Origin: Chiloscyllium plagiosum
Lineage: Eukaryota
Length of the DNA stretch: 64,000 nt
Assembly (NCBI RefSeq): GCF_004010195.1
Contig: NC_057718.1
Location: forward strand, 47,621,556-47,685,555
Reading direction: 5' to 3'
Below, piece by piece: positions 54,105 to 64,000 of the stretch (within the stretch, counting starts at the first letter, position 1; each line of letters begins with the position of its first letter). The position numbers were made by a program, and so were the translations under genes. Below the pieces are notes generated by a model, which saw nothing but the letters and a program-made list of their open reading frames with translations, was not told the DNA's origin and did no database searches.

Positions 54105-54446
54105 TTAGATTAGATTAGATTAGATTAGATTAGATTAGATTAGATTAGATTTCAGTGTGGAAACAGGCCCTTCGGCCCAACAAGTCCACACCGACCCGCC
54201 GAAGCGCAACCCACCCGTACCCCTACATTTACCCCTTACCTAACACTGCGGGCAATTTAGCATGGCTAATTCACCTGACCCACACATCTTTGGACTGTGG
54301 GAGGAAACCGGAGCACCCGGAGGAAACCCACGCAGACACGGGGAGAATGTGCAAACTCCACACAGTCAGTCGCCTGAGGAGGGAATTGAACCCGGGTCTC
54401 TGGCGCTGTGAGGCAACAGTGCTAACCACTGTGCCACCATGCCACC
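54105..54446 (-). mobile_element. Young HE1-type V-SINE with (TCTAA)n tail, inserted in Gypsy pol
   Basis: Full head, V-domain and tail; CpGs largely retained. Confidence 0.92.
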
Positions 54447-55718
54447 AGGGAGCCTATGTGGCTATCCTGCTTCCAGGCCAGTGACCAATACTTCAAGAAT
54501 TGCACAATGACCACCCAGAAATTTCTAAAATATAAATGCTCACAAGGAGGTGTATTTGGCACCTGGCACAGACACAAGAATCAAAAACCTAGTCAGGCAA
54601 TGCAAAACCTGCCAGAAAAACCTAAAGGCTCTATCAGCATTTTCACTACATTCACTGGAATGGCCAGAGAAATCCTGAGTAAGAGGGCATGTAGATTTAC
54701 ACAAGGCCATTTATGGATTCTATGTTCTTAATTATTATTGACGGCCATTTGAAATGGATTGACGTGCATTGAATATCCTTTACTACCTCTAATAAAACCT
54801 CCATTGAGGAGAGCACATCTGCACAGCACCCTCTCACCCATCCTTAAATGGTCTGGCTGAGCAGGTGGCCCAAGTATTCAAAAGTAGCACAAGAAAGCAA
54901 ACTGCAGGTGCTTTGGAAACAAAGCTTGCATGTTCTCTTTTCAACTATAAAGACATACAATGGTGGCAATAGCCCCAGCAGAACTACCGATGGGCCAATG
55001 CCTTTGGTTTAGGCTTTGCCCGACTTACCCCAAGTTGTCTCAAGTCCTGGCCTCTTTCCACTCTGCAGGGATTCTAATGATTCTACATGGTTGAATTAAA
55101 ACAAGACGGCCCAAAAAAAGTGACCACGCGTGGACACAGGCCAAATAGTAACTTTAAAATAACGGCCTTCCTTCGGTGATGGCTCTCCATGGATTACAGG
55201 AGTCATTTTTTAAACAAAAGTGATTCTGGTATTATCCATGGTTAAAACAGGGTAGAAGACTGAAAAGAAAACCTTCAATCATCACTGTTCGCGGGAACTT
55301 CACAGAAGCAATTGTTTTGAAGGACATGCCACCATCAGCATCTTCCACAATGTGCAGACAGCAAACTCTGCCCAAAAGCCAGGCCTGAGGACTACAAGTA
55401 TTCATGTTTGGAGATGGAGACAGAGGTGGCAAAAACTCAGTCAGAGATTGCCTCAGAGACACTCCCTCTGGAATGGTTCTTCAACAGTCTTCATGGAAGA
55501 GACATTGCTTACTTTATAAATGTCCCCTCCTGACCAGACCCAGAGAGCAACGGGAATGGGATCAAGGGCAAAGTGACACAAGAGGCCTCATCATCACAAG
55601 AGTGAGGGTGAGGCCTCAGACTCGGGACGGGGGAGAATGTTATATACCCGACAAGGCCCATGAAGAATCACTGTGTGGAACTTGCTGAACAGGAGTTCCC
55701 TTGGTAATGGACAACCGT

Positions 55719-56040
55719 GGGCGGCACGGTGGCACAGTGGTTAGCACTGTTGCCTCACAGCGCCAGAGACCCGGGTTCAATTCCCTCCTCAGGCGACTGA
55801 CTGTGTGGAGTTTGCACATTCTCCCCGTGTCTGCATGGGTTTCCTCCGGGTGCTCCGGTTTCCTCCCACAGTCCAAAGATGTGCGGGTCAGGTGAATTGG
55901 CCATGCTAAATTGCCTGTAGTGTTAGGTAAGGGGTAGATGTAGGGGTATGGGTGGGTTGCGCTTCGGTGGGGCAGTGTGGACTTGTTGGGCCGAAGGGCC
56001 TGTTTCCACACTGTAAGTAGTCTAATCTAATCTAATCTAA
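55719..56040 (+). mobile_element. Young HE1-type V-SINE with (TCTAA)n tail
   Basis: gggcggcacggtggcacagtggttagc A-box, gggttcaattccc B-box, V-domain, CR1-like tail. Confidence 0.92.
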
Positions 56041-56044
56041 CCAG

Positions 56045-56700
56045 ATGGAACTCATCACTTCTGCCCTTTACAAAGACGTTGGTACAGAATTTCACATTGA
56101 CCTCAGAAGCCTGCACCCTATGCTGTGAGCCACCTCCTGAATGCATGGGGAGTGTCTTTTTTCCTTACAAAATGGCAGTTTTTGTACAGGCTAATGCTGC
56201 TAACCATCCATGGACTCTTGCATCCGCTATCCGGACATGCCATGGCATGCTTATTTGCCACTGGGCAGCAGGAATCCGCAGCGTAAGGCTTTCTATGTGG
56301 GTGTCCTCTTTCTTTCCTTTGGGGATCTGGGGTGGAAGGTGCTGCATGCCACAGTCGGAGTCGAAAAGGGTGGCACTGCAAAAGCATAGTAGGTCAGACA
56401 GCATCCAGAGTCTGCAGTCCTCATTTTCACCTAGTTGCACATCAAAGTGCATTTTCACCACAGTGGTTCAGCAATTCTCAGTCCAACCACTTCCTTTGCG
56501 GCACTGCAGTCCATAGACCATGCATGTATCAGTTGTAAGCGTTTCCTCTCCATTTTGAGGGTTTTGAAGAACCTTTTGTTGTGGTTTTGGCTGCACTTCA
56601 CCACCGCACTCCTGATCTTTGGGGACCCAGTGCACAGGAGTGTGGGCAGAGCGGAGGATTACCTCCTCGGTCTACTCCTGGGCCTGATTTGATGTCAGCA
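56045..56700 (-). mobile_element. Possible L1/Tx1-like ORF2 C-terminal remnant
   Basis: Weak motifs GLQTLD..TYYA, LAALACTKTAIL, KKDTP..FRRWLT. Confidence 0.3.
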
Positions 56701-56915
56701 TTGCCTTTAACTGGCTTGAGTGTGTGTTGCTGGGGAAAAGCACAGCAGGTCGGGCAGCATCCGAAGACCAGGAGAATCGATGTTTTAGGCATATGCCCTT
56801 GTTAATGCACAATTAGCCACACAGGTGTTTTCCTAGGGGTAGGAAAAAATATGCATAATAAAGTCTATTTACAAGAGTGCCTTTTCTTTGTAAAAAAAAA
56901 CATAAAAGTGTGATT

Positions 56916-57290
56916 GGGTTCTGTGTTGCAGTGATAGTGTCTCTAGCCCTGAATTGGGAGGTCTGGGCTCTAGTCCCACCCACTTCCAGAGGTGTGTTAT
57001 AACATCCTGAACAAGTTAATGAGGAAAAATTGGTTAGTGGTGGGGGGAGAGGGAACAGTGATGTAGTGCAGCGATAGTGCCCCTAACCATGCACCAAGAA
57101 CCCAGGTTCAAGTCCCACAGGTCCAGGGGTGTCACAAGGTCTCTGAACAGGTTGATTAGATAAATGGGTTAAATAAAATAATTAGTTATTCAGACTCATA
57201 GGATTCTCCTCGTGCAGTAACAGTGCTACCAACTCTGAACCAGGCTTGGGTCCAAGTCCAGAGATGCATAATTATATCACGGAACAGGCT
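56916..57290 (+). repeat. Three diverged tandem copies of a ~100-bp tRNA-like short repeat
   Basis: Each has gcagt/cgatagtg ... gg(t/c)tc(a/t)agtcc ... gaaca(a/g)g; a related copy lies on the minus strand at about 8730-8825. Confidence 0.55.
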
Positions 57291-58240
57291 TTTTTTTAAA
57301 AAAAGCAGCCCAACTGCCCCTTCCCTCTCTTTGCCAACTCTGCACGATTGATAGGTTGCATTGCCTTTGCAATGGGCTTTGGATGCCAAGGGATATCTGA
57401 GTGCCAAAATAGGGGTGTTCAACTAAACTTACATTAGAGAAAATTAATATTTTACAAATTTTAAAATGGCATTTCTCAAATGAAATATACTGATTAAATT
57501 TCTTTTTTCAGCTCTGGAGGCCAGCTGGCTGTTGCTAACTTTTTTTGGGACTTTCTTAATAAAAACTTACAATACCATCTATGCTTGAGAGGAATTGTTT
57601 TGAGGATAGTCACAATTTATTACAAGACAAATACAAGCAGCAAGGTTTTGCACAAGTGCAAAGTTTACAGAGGATGGATGAGAGGTAATCAAGTCAAGAA
57701 ACTTTAGAAATAATCATTAAGCTGGAGGAGACGATTCTTCACAATCTCAGAAGGTAACCCAATATTTCAAAGCCATGGAGTCAATTCAAAGCCAACTGTT
57801 GAAATACAGCACCGATTTGCATAAATTTAGCAACAAACACTCGCCAAATATGATGCCTATGTGTTGTTGAATAACAAGTCAACAGAGGATAAGGCAATTT
57901 CAACTTCACTTGGCTCATTTACAATGAAAATAGTACTTAATTCCCAGTTCCAATAAAAACAATTCCAAAATGCAGAGTCTCCTTTTTAATAATATTTAGT
58001 CACAATAACCATTACTCTGAACTAACTGTCTGAAATGCAGGCCTAAACATCTGGTCCTTCACTTTTCTGAGTAGTCCATATTTTGTAACCACAACTAACT
58101 GAAGAAATTTTGAGTACAATCGTCATTTTAATGGAAAGCTACAAATTCAGAACACGTATGTAAAATATAGTCAACCCAAAATCTTCCTGCATGAGAAATA
58201 TTCTTTCCAGGCAGATATCATAACTGTATGCTTTGCGTTA

Positions 58241-58441
58241 CAGAGGGTCCCCCCGACTTACGAATGCTATACTTATAAGATCCCATAAAACAATTAATTT
58301 TAAGGATTCGATATGTGAACGCTCACTCGTACTTACAAGCTGTTATTTTATATTATATTGCATTGAGTTTTGGCTTGCATACGATTCGAATTAATGAATG
58401 TACTCAGGAACAGAACCCATTCTTAACCCAGGAACAGAGTG
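58241..58441. mobile_element. Tc1/mariner-pogo (Tigger-like) MITE
   Basis: TA|cagagggtccccccgacttacgaa left end, degenerate right end ttcttaacccaggaacagagtg|TA. Confidence 0.55.
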
Positions 58442-59332
58442 TAGTTCTCAACCTTTGAAAAGGAAATTCATCCTGGAAAATAAAGCCGGTCCAAAAGAGG
58501 GATAGTGTATGTACATTGTACAAGGTCTTCAGTTTTAGTTGGTATGTCAACAGTGGAAATTTCTCATGTCAGCATAAACAAATCATTATTCCAAAAATGA
58601 ATATGATCTATGCAATTTAAAAACTTCGATCCAAGGAAATCTCATCTTTCTCTTTTCCTTCAGGACTACCTAAAACAGTTTTGATATTGCTCAAACAAAA
58701 ATCAGCCCTATTCTCTCATTTAGTAAAAAGAACACATTTATAGATATGTAGCTAAACACAGAATATCTTTAAGTATTCCTCATATTCATTCCTGTTCTTC
58801 AAATTAAACTGTCAGCATTTTATAGATTGCTAATAGAAAGCAATACAATTTAGATATCAATATAAACAATATTACACAAATTTGTGTCTCTACCTAAATT
58901 CTTAAAATGTAAATTTTAAACCAAAAAAATGATAGTGAGAAAAGATTACAAGAACAATTTTACACTGTAATGAAATTGTTATAATCAAGCAAACAGGAGA
59001 TCCTAAAACAATGGTATCAAGCCAGATTTAAATAAAAATGACAAGCCATAATTGATTAATGATAGGTCCTGAATAATAAAAACAAATTCCTGTCATAAAA
59101 TGCAAACATTCTGAGCAATTATCTGGGGTACCGCAAAGAATTTAATAAACATTAAGATCAGCCTTCAGACACAGACTCCTGTCAATTAGGCACTTTCCAA
59201 AGCATACTGGAGTAACTTTAACGAATAATACGCCATTGAATTCAAAAAGGACATGCATCACTTTTACACAACACAATGGATGAAGCACAAACAGAAAATT
59301 TGTACATTAGAAATGGGAAGCCTGAAGTTATT

Positions 59333-59412
59333 TACTATTACTAACTACTACTACTAACTACTACTAACTACTACTAACTACTACTAACTACTACTAACTA
59401 CTACTAACTACT
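59333..59412. repeat. Tandem repeat, unit CTACTAACTA
   Basis: About 6 perfect 10-bp units plus degenerate flanks. Confidence 0.95.
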
Positions 59413-59959
59413 GAGAACACAATAGGGACACAGTGATGCATGACAGAAAATGGGAAAAGGGCTATCCCTATCAAAAGCAAAAAGAAATCAAAATGTCACT
59501 CTCTAAAACATTATGATAGCTACTTGTGCACTTTTCTGACAATTTCTCCCACCTCCATGGCCAGATTAAAAATGTAAAACTCCAGTTCATATAAGTGTCC
59601 AGTTAATGGCCTAGAAATATATGACAAAAATGTAAAGCAACAAGAAAACCTTAAAAAATTCAACACTGGATTAATTGCTACATTTTTGACAACTTTAATG
59701 ATCAGAATAAAGTTTAATCAAAAATATGATCTATGGTTTTCCATTTATATACATTTACCTAGATGACTGTTTTAGACAAATTTGATGAATCAGAAGATAC
59801 AAATTTTTCTGGTATAGCCACGATTTTCAACTTGTGGATCTTACCCTGAAGTAGTATGGAGTTGTAATACAGATAAATCACTTATTTTTCCAATAGCCAG
59901 ATCAGAATTCCAACAAGACAAATTTATCTTTAATTGTTCTTTAATGTCACAATTGCATA

Positions 59960-60433
59960 TGTCAAACCGAGGTAGGTTGTCAGATATTTTTACCCTCTGT
60001 GGTGAAAGGGTTAAAATTGTGTCCCAATACATGTGTGAATCTAACCGGAATGGAGGTGTTGCTTAGTCCCGTGTGAATCTTATTACACACCTCCCCGTGT
60101 GAATCTTCTTATCTGTATGTAACCAGAATGGAATGTGTTTTTTAGATATCAACTGGAAAAGTCTCCAGTTCGGTGAGTCTGCTCCGGGGTTACGTTTAAC
60201 CGCCGAGCGTGGGTTGTTGGCAACCGCTCTACGAGAACTGACGGCTCCCAGTTCCGGTAACATGTAGAGTGAGTATAAGCCAGACCCGTTGTAAGGATGA
60301 GACCTGGTTGTGGCGACGCTGCGGGGAATAAAATGCTCATATTCTAGCAGACTCGCCTCTTGGTCGTTTGTTCTGTGTCAGACTACTCTCCTACGAACCT
60401 GACCTTGAGAATTTTTTAAAACACCCTCTTACA
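59960..60433 (+). mobile_element. Young solo LTR
   Basis: CpG-rich island in AT-rich intron; TATAA near 60274, AATAAA near 60327, ends ttaca; candidate TSD gcata/ggata; 5' boundary uncertain. Confidence 0.65.
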
Positions 60434-60854
60434 GGATAACAGTCTGTGTTGTTTATTTGTTAGAGCTATCCAACTGGTCCCATCCACTGTTTTTTTACTG
60501 CAGGCATGAAATTCAAAAAAAAAGAAAATGCAAATGTTTTTCCAGTCTTTGACAGTTACTATTTTTCTGTTTGTACCACCCTTTCAAATCATACCAGATA
60601 AAAACAATTTGCATTGTCTACAGTTTTGCTCATGTGATCTCTGCTTCTTTTGTAAATTATCTTAAATCAGTGTCCTTTGATTACTGATTTTGATATTATT
60701 GGAAACAATTACTTCTTTTAGTATCAAAATCCTCCATTATTTATGTGGTGACTCACTCAATGAAACTGAAGCATTCAAACCATGACAGAATTCTAGACTA
60801 TTTCTAAATCAATGGCAACCCTTCTAAAATGTGGTGATCACAGAAACAACAACA

Positions 60855-61053
60855 CATGGCAAGCTCCGTATCCGTAAAATTGTTTTCCGTGGTTTCAGTT
60901 ACCCATTGTTTATACGGAACCTTCCAGAACCAATGACCAGGGGCTGCTGGGAAGGTAACCTCATTGAAGTGAATGGGTTTGCAACTATCTGTGGTTTCAT
61001 GTTCCAAGACCTACTGCGGAAGCCTATCGCCTGAGGGTATGGGGGGACTACTG
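60855..61053. mobile_element. Tigger7/MER44-like MITE
   Basis: tatccg..ttttccgtggtttcagttaccc near the left end, actatctgtggtttca and ggggggactactg|TA at the right end. Confidence 0.65.
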
Positions 61054-61055
61054 TA

Positions 61056-61760
61056 CTCCAGCTATGACCTAATAGCACAACATCCTGATCTTCGTGCTCT
61101 GTGGCTCAATTTGGAACTCCAAGGATCCCTTACCCTTAACAGTCTTCTCGACTCATTCTCCCACCTTCAAAAGTGTGTATACCTATGACTCTTGGTTTCT
61201 GCATTCTCTTTAAAACTGTATATTTACTTTGTATTGACACTCCTCATTCTCATGAAAATGCATGACTTTACATTGCTGCTTTAAATTTCAACTAACAAGT
61301 ATCTCACTAGCTTGTCTACATGCTCAAGTTTATGACTACCGTTTTTACAGTTTGCTAGATTTCAGAGTTTTGTGTCATCCGCAATCTTTGAAATTATGTC
61401 TCATTTATCTCAGCTCAGTTTATTAATTTATTATCAAACAGCTGTGGTGTCAACGCCAGTCCTTGACCATGAGAAACATCATTATACTGCATGCTGCAGT
61501 CTGACAAGCAATCAACCATGACCAAATACTACTTTCTGCCCCTTAGCCAATTGTGTAACCATGCTGCCACTGTCTCTTTAACCCCATGGACTTCAACAGT
61601 GTATATGTGTTACTTTATCAAATACCTTTGCAAAGTCAATATATAGAACATCAAGATCAATTCTCTGTTGTTTCAAAGCGCTTAATCAAGTTGAACAAAC
61701 AAAATATGCATTTAACAAACCAGTTTTAACTTTCATCTGCTAATCCAATGTTTTCAAGTG
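61056..61760 (-). mobile_element. Old CR1 remnant
   Basis: ttttgtgtcatccgcaatctttg (SKxADDTK) and atcaaatacctttgcaaagtc (DFxKxFD). Confidence 0.65.
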
Positions 61761-63338
61761 CAAATCAATGAGACAAGGGTGCACAGCTATGCCAAGGTAC
61801 TTCAATTACAGCAGCATTTCGAGGAAAAACAGATCAAAACAACAGATAATTTTCATCAAAAGTCAGTTGAGCATTCTCAGATCTTTGATTGAAGCTACAG
61901 TCTTAAAAAGGTTAAATGATTAATTTAAATTTATCCATTATCCACATTCACCACACATCAAAAATAGCTCTAAGAACCCTTCAGCAACATATTCCCTCCA
62001 AATGTAATTAACCTTTGCAGTTCATGAATGTTGCCTCAAATTCTGGGAGCAAAGTAACTGGTTTATATTATAACCAGTTGGAATGTATTATCTCCTTTGG
62101 CAGTTCATCAAGGTCGAGGATGATTTACTTCCATTTTTTTTGTGGGGGGGGGGGGGGGGGGGGGAAGAGCTGGTTTCCTATGGTGGTTGAACAGTCTGAG
62201 TGTATTGTAAGAGTATGAGAATTGAATATTTAGAAAGTAAATGGGAAAACTGGGCAGAGGTAACACAGATGAGAATTCACATTTAACAACTAGTTGGGAG
62301 TTTCTTTTGTGGATGTTACTTGTAGCATCGACAAATGAGACCCAGTGGATATGGCGTATTTGGATTTTCAGGAGGCTTTTAAGAAGGTCCACCACACAGG
62401 TTTGTAAATAAAATTCAAGCATGTGGAATTATCATATACAGGCATGGTGTGAGAATTGATCAACAGACAGAAATCAGAAAATTGGAAAAAACATTCTCGG
62501 GATGGCTGGTTATTACTAGAGTGATATCGCAAGGGACACTTGTGGACAACAGATCACAATTTATGAATTGATATATCTCCAATTTTGCTGACAATACCAA
62601 ACTGGGTAGAAGTATGGGTTGTAAGGATAATGCAATGAATTTTCAGGAGAACTTTGACAGGTTAAATGAATGTATTATATAGATGATGCAATATAAGGCG
62701 ATAAGCATGAAGTTATTCAAGGCAGCATGTTTCTTAAAGGCTGAGAGATTGTGAAGTACAAATAGCCACAAGTCATGAAAAGCTAGCAACCAATTAAGAA
62801 AAGGAAACATTTGTCAGGATTTATTTCAAAGGGGATGGGGCACAGAGGATGTCTGGTGCCTTGGTGCAATGCTTTTTGTCTCCTTATCCAAGGAAGGATA
62901 TACTTGCCATAGAGGGTGTTCAGTGGAAGGTCACCAGATTAATCCCTGGAATGGTGAAGTTGTTTTATGTGGAAGCAGAGTTTGTATTCGCTAAAGATTA
63001 AAAAAACACAGGTGATCGCGTTAAAACTTATAAAATTCTTAAAGACATGACAAATTGGATATTGATAGGATGCCTCTCCAAGCTGGTGACTCTAGAACCA
63101 GGGTGTACAAATCTTTGAATAAGGGGGCACAATCTCTGAACAAGGGTACACACTTTAAGATGGAGATGAAGAATTTCTTAGCTTACAAGGGTGGTAAAGT
63201 TTTGGAAGTGCCTATCCCAGAGAACTGTGGAAGCTCAATAACTAAGCATATTTAAAATAGAAACTGATATGTGTCTGGAGACTAATGAGATTGAAAAAAA
63301 ATTGGGGAGAATTTGGGAAAGTGGCACTGAGGTAGAAG

Positions 63339-63565
63339 AGTCCAGATTAGAGAGGTGCTAGAAAAGCACAGCAGGTCAGGCAGCATCCAAGGAGCAGGAA
63401 AATCGACGTTTTGGGCAAAAGCCCTTCATCAGGGCTTTCCTGATGAAGGGCTTTTGCCCGAAACGTCGATTTTCCTGCTCCTCGGATGCTGCCTGACTTG
63501 CTGTGCTTTTCCAGCACCACTCTAACCTAGACTGATTTCCAGCATCTGCAGTCCTCACTTTTGAC
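63339..63565. mobile_element. Palindromic Penelope terminal-repeat insertion with back-to-back hammerhead cores
   Basis: 95-bp inverted arms (63339-63433, 63439-63533), 5-nt loop, 14-bp TSD cact/ggaggtagaag (63325-63338, 63566-63579). Confidence 0.85.
63436..63471 (+). ncRNA. Minimal hammerhead ribozyme motif
   Basis: CTGATGA(63440-63446)-A-GGGC-TTTT-GCCC-GAAA-C-GTC: catalytic core, stem II and self-complementary ACGT stem III. Confidence 0.65.
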
Positions 63566-64000
63566 CACGGAGGTAGAAGGTCAACCATGTTCTGAATGAA
63601 TGGCAGGTCAATCTATGAACGGACTGGTATACCACTCCTGTGCCTATGGCAACCTATTTGATCATACATTTTAACACGATAATATAAGGAAGAACCATTT
63701 ATTTTAGAAGTGCTGATGTTTCTTTCTTGCTGTAGGCAAATAAAGATGATGGTCCAATAATGAGAACTTCTAACTGTAGCTTAATTATAATGACTAGATC
63801 TTTCCATACAATATTCATGACTTATAGATGCCTGAAGGGTAATCAACATCAATACCCTAGATTCCAGTTCACTCAGCTGCTAAGTTATGCCAGCATTTGA
63901 TAGCTCTAACGTGGAAAAAGTGGCCATCAGCTGAGGAATTATATACTCCATAACTATTGAGCCAGTGAAAGGTATCAAGCCATGCCCACTTTGGGCCATA

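Larger units (their letters stand above)
51520..55715 (+). mobile_element. Degenerate Gypsy LTR retrotransposon (gag end, protease, RT, RNase H, integrase, PPT, start of 3' LTR)
   Basis: IDTG protease; GPNLLGRNWL; SEWAIPVVPVLK..GLCGDYK; LPFG..IFQRAMENIL..NLDDALI; integrase HNDHP..CKTCQ; purine tract gggacgggggagaa then TGT at 55638. Confidence 0.85.
62040..63650 (+). mobile_element. Old CR1 remnant with nested palindromic insertion
   Basis: tatttggattttcaggaggcttttaagaaggt, tttgctgacaataccaaa, CR1 3' tail. Confidence 0.7.

Noticed and set aside
54105..54151. (TTAGA)n as an interstitial telomere-like repeat
   Set aside because: It is the reverse complement of the SINE (TCTAA)n tail, not TTAGGG.
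51520..55715. Domesticated Gypsy-derived gene
   Set aside because: Many stops and frameshifts, a mutated RT motif (NLDD) and two nested insertions.
54447..55718. Inversion between the inverted SINEs
   Set aside because: Gypsy pol continues in the same orientation across the first SINE through to the PPT and LTR start.
55719..55795. tRNA gene
   Set aside because: A tRNA-derived SINE head that continues into a V-domain and LINE-like tail.
54155..56011. Two near-identical ORFs (MWKQALRPNKST...) suggesting a duplicated gene
   Set aside because: They are antisense translations of SINE copies.
59333..59412. Regular repeat as a CRISPR-like array
   Set aside because: Simple 10-bp tandem repeat without spacers; eukaryotic context with no cas genes.
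46503..64000. PPP2R5A exon 1 or promoter
   Set aside because: No B56-alpha N-terminal coding sequence or CpG-island promoter was recognised; the CpG-rich patch at 60 kb looks like an LTR.

Overview
Eukaryotic vertebrate DNA from a cartilaginous fish (inferred from HE1-type V-SINEs and shark-type CR1 and Penelope repeats). The window lies wholly inside one minus-strand gene, PPP2R5A (PP2A regulatory subunit B56-alpha). It holds five internal coding exons (exons 2-6 by human numbering: 46306-46502, 11235-11336, 7185-7277, 3773-3903, 235-294), all with GT-AG borders and a continuous reading frame. Exon 1 and exons 7+ appear to lie outside the window. The rest is intron filled with decayed transposons: many CR1 LINEs, a Rex1/Babar LINE, Penelope-like elements, two Gypsy remnants (one with a SCAN-like gag and a tRNA-Pro PBS), solo LTRs, SINEs and Tc1/mariner-pogo MITEs. 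Almost all other ORFs in the track are transposon debris or chance. Most notable observations: (1) a recurring set of very short, TSD-flanked, often palindromic Penelope-derived insertions carrying minimal hammerhead-ribozyme cores, two with intact cores and one of those sense to the host pre-mRNA; (2) an inverted SINE pair with an apparent gene-conversion tract; (3) inverted CR1 copies bracketing exon 2; (4) a young CpG-rich solo LTR. Repeat family names come from recalled motifs, not database searches, and repeat boundaries are approximate unless a TSD is given.
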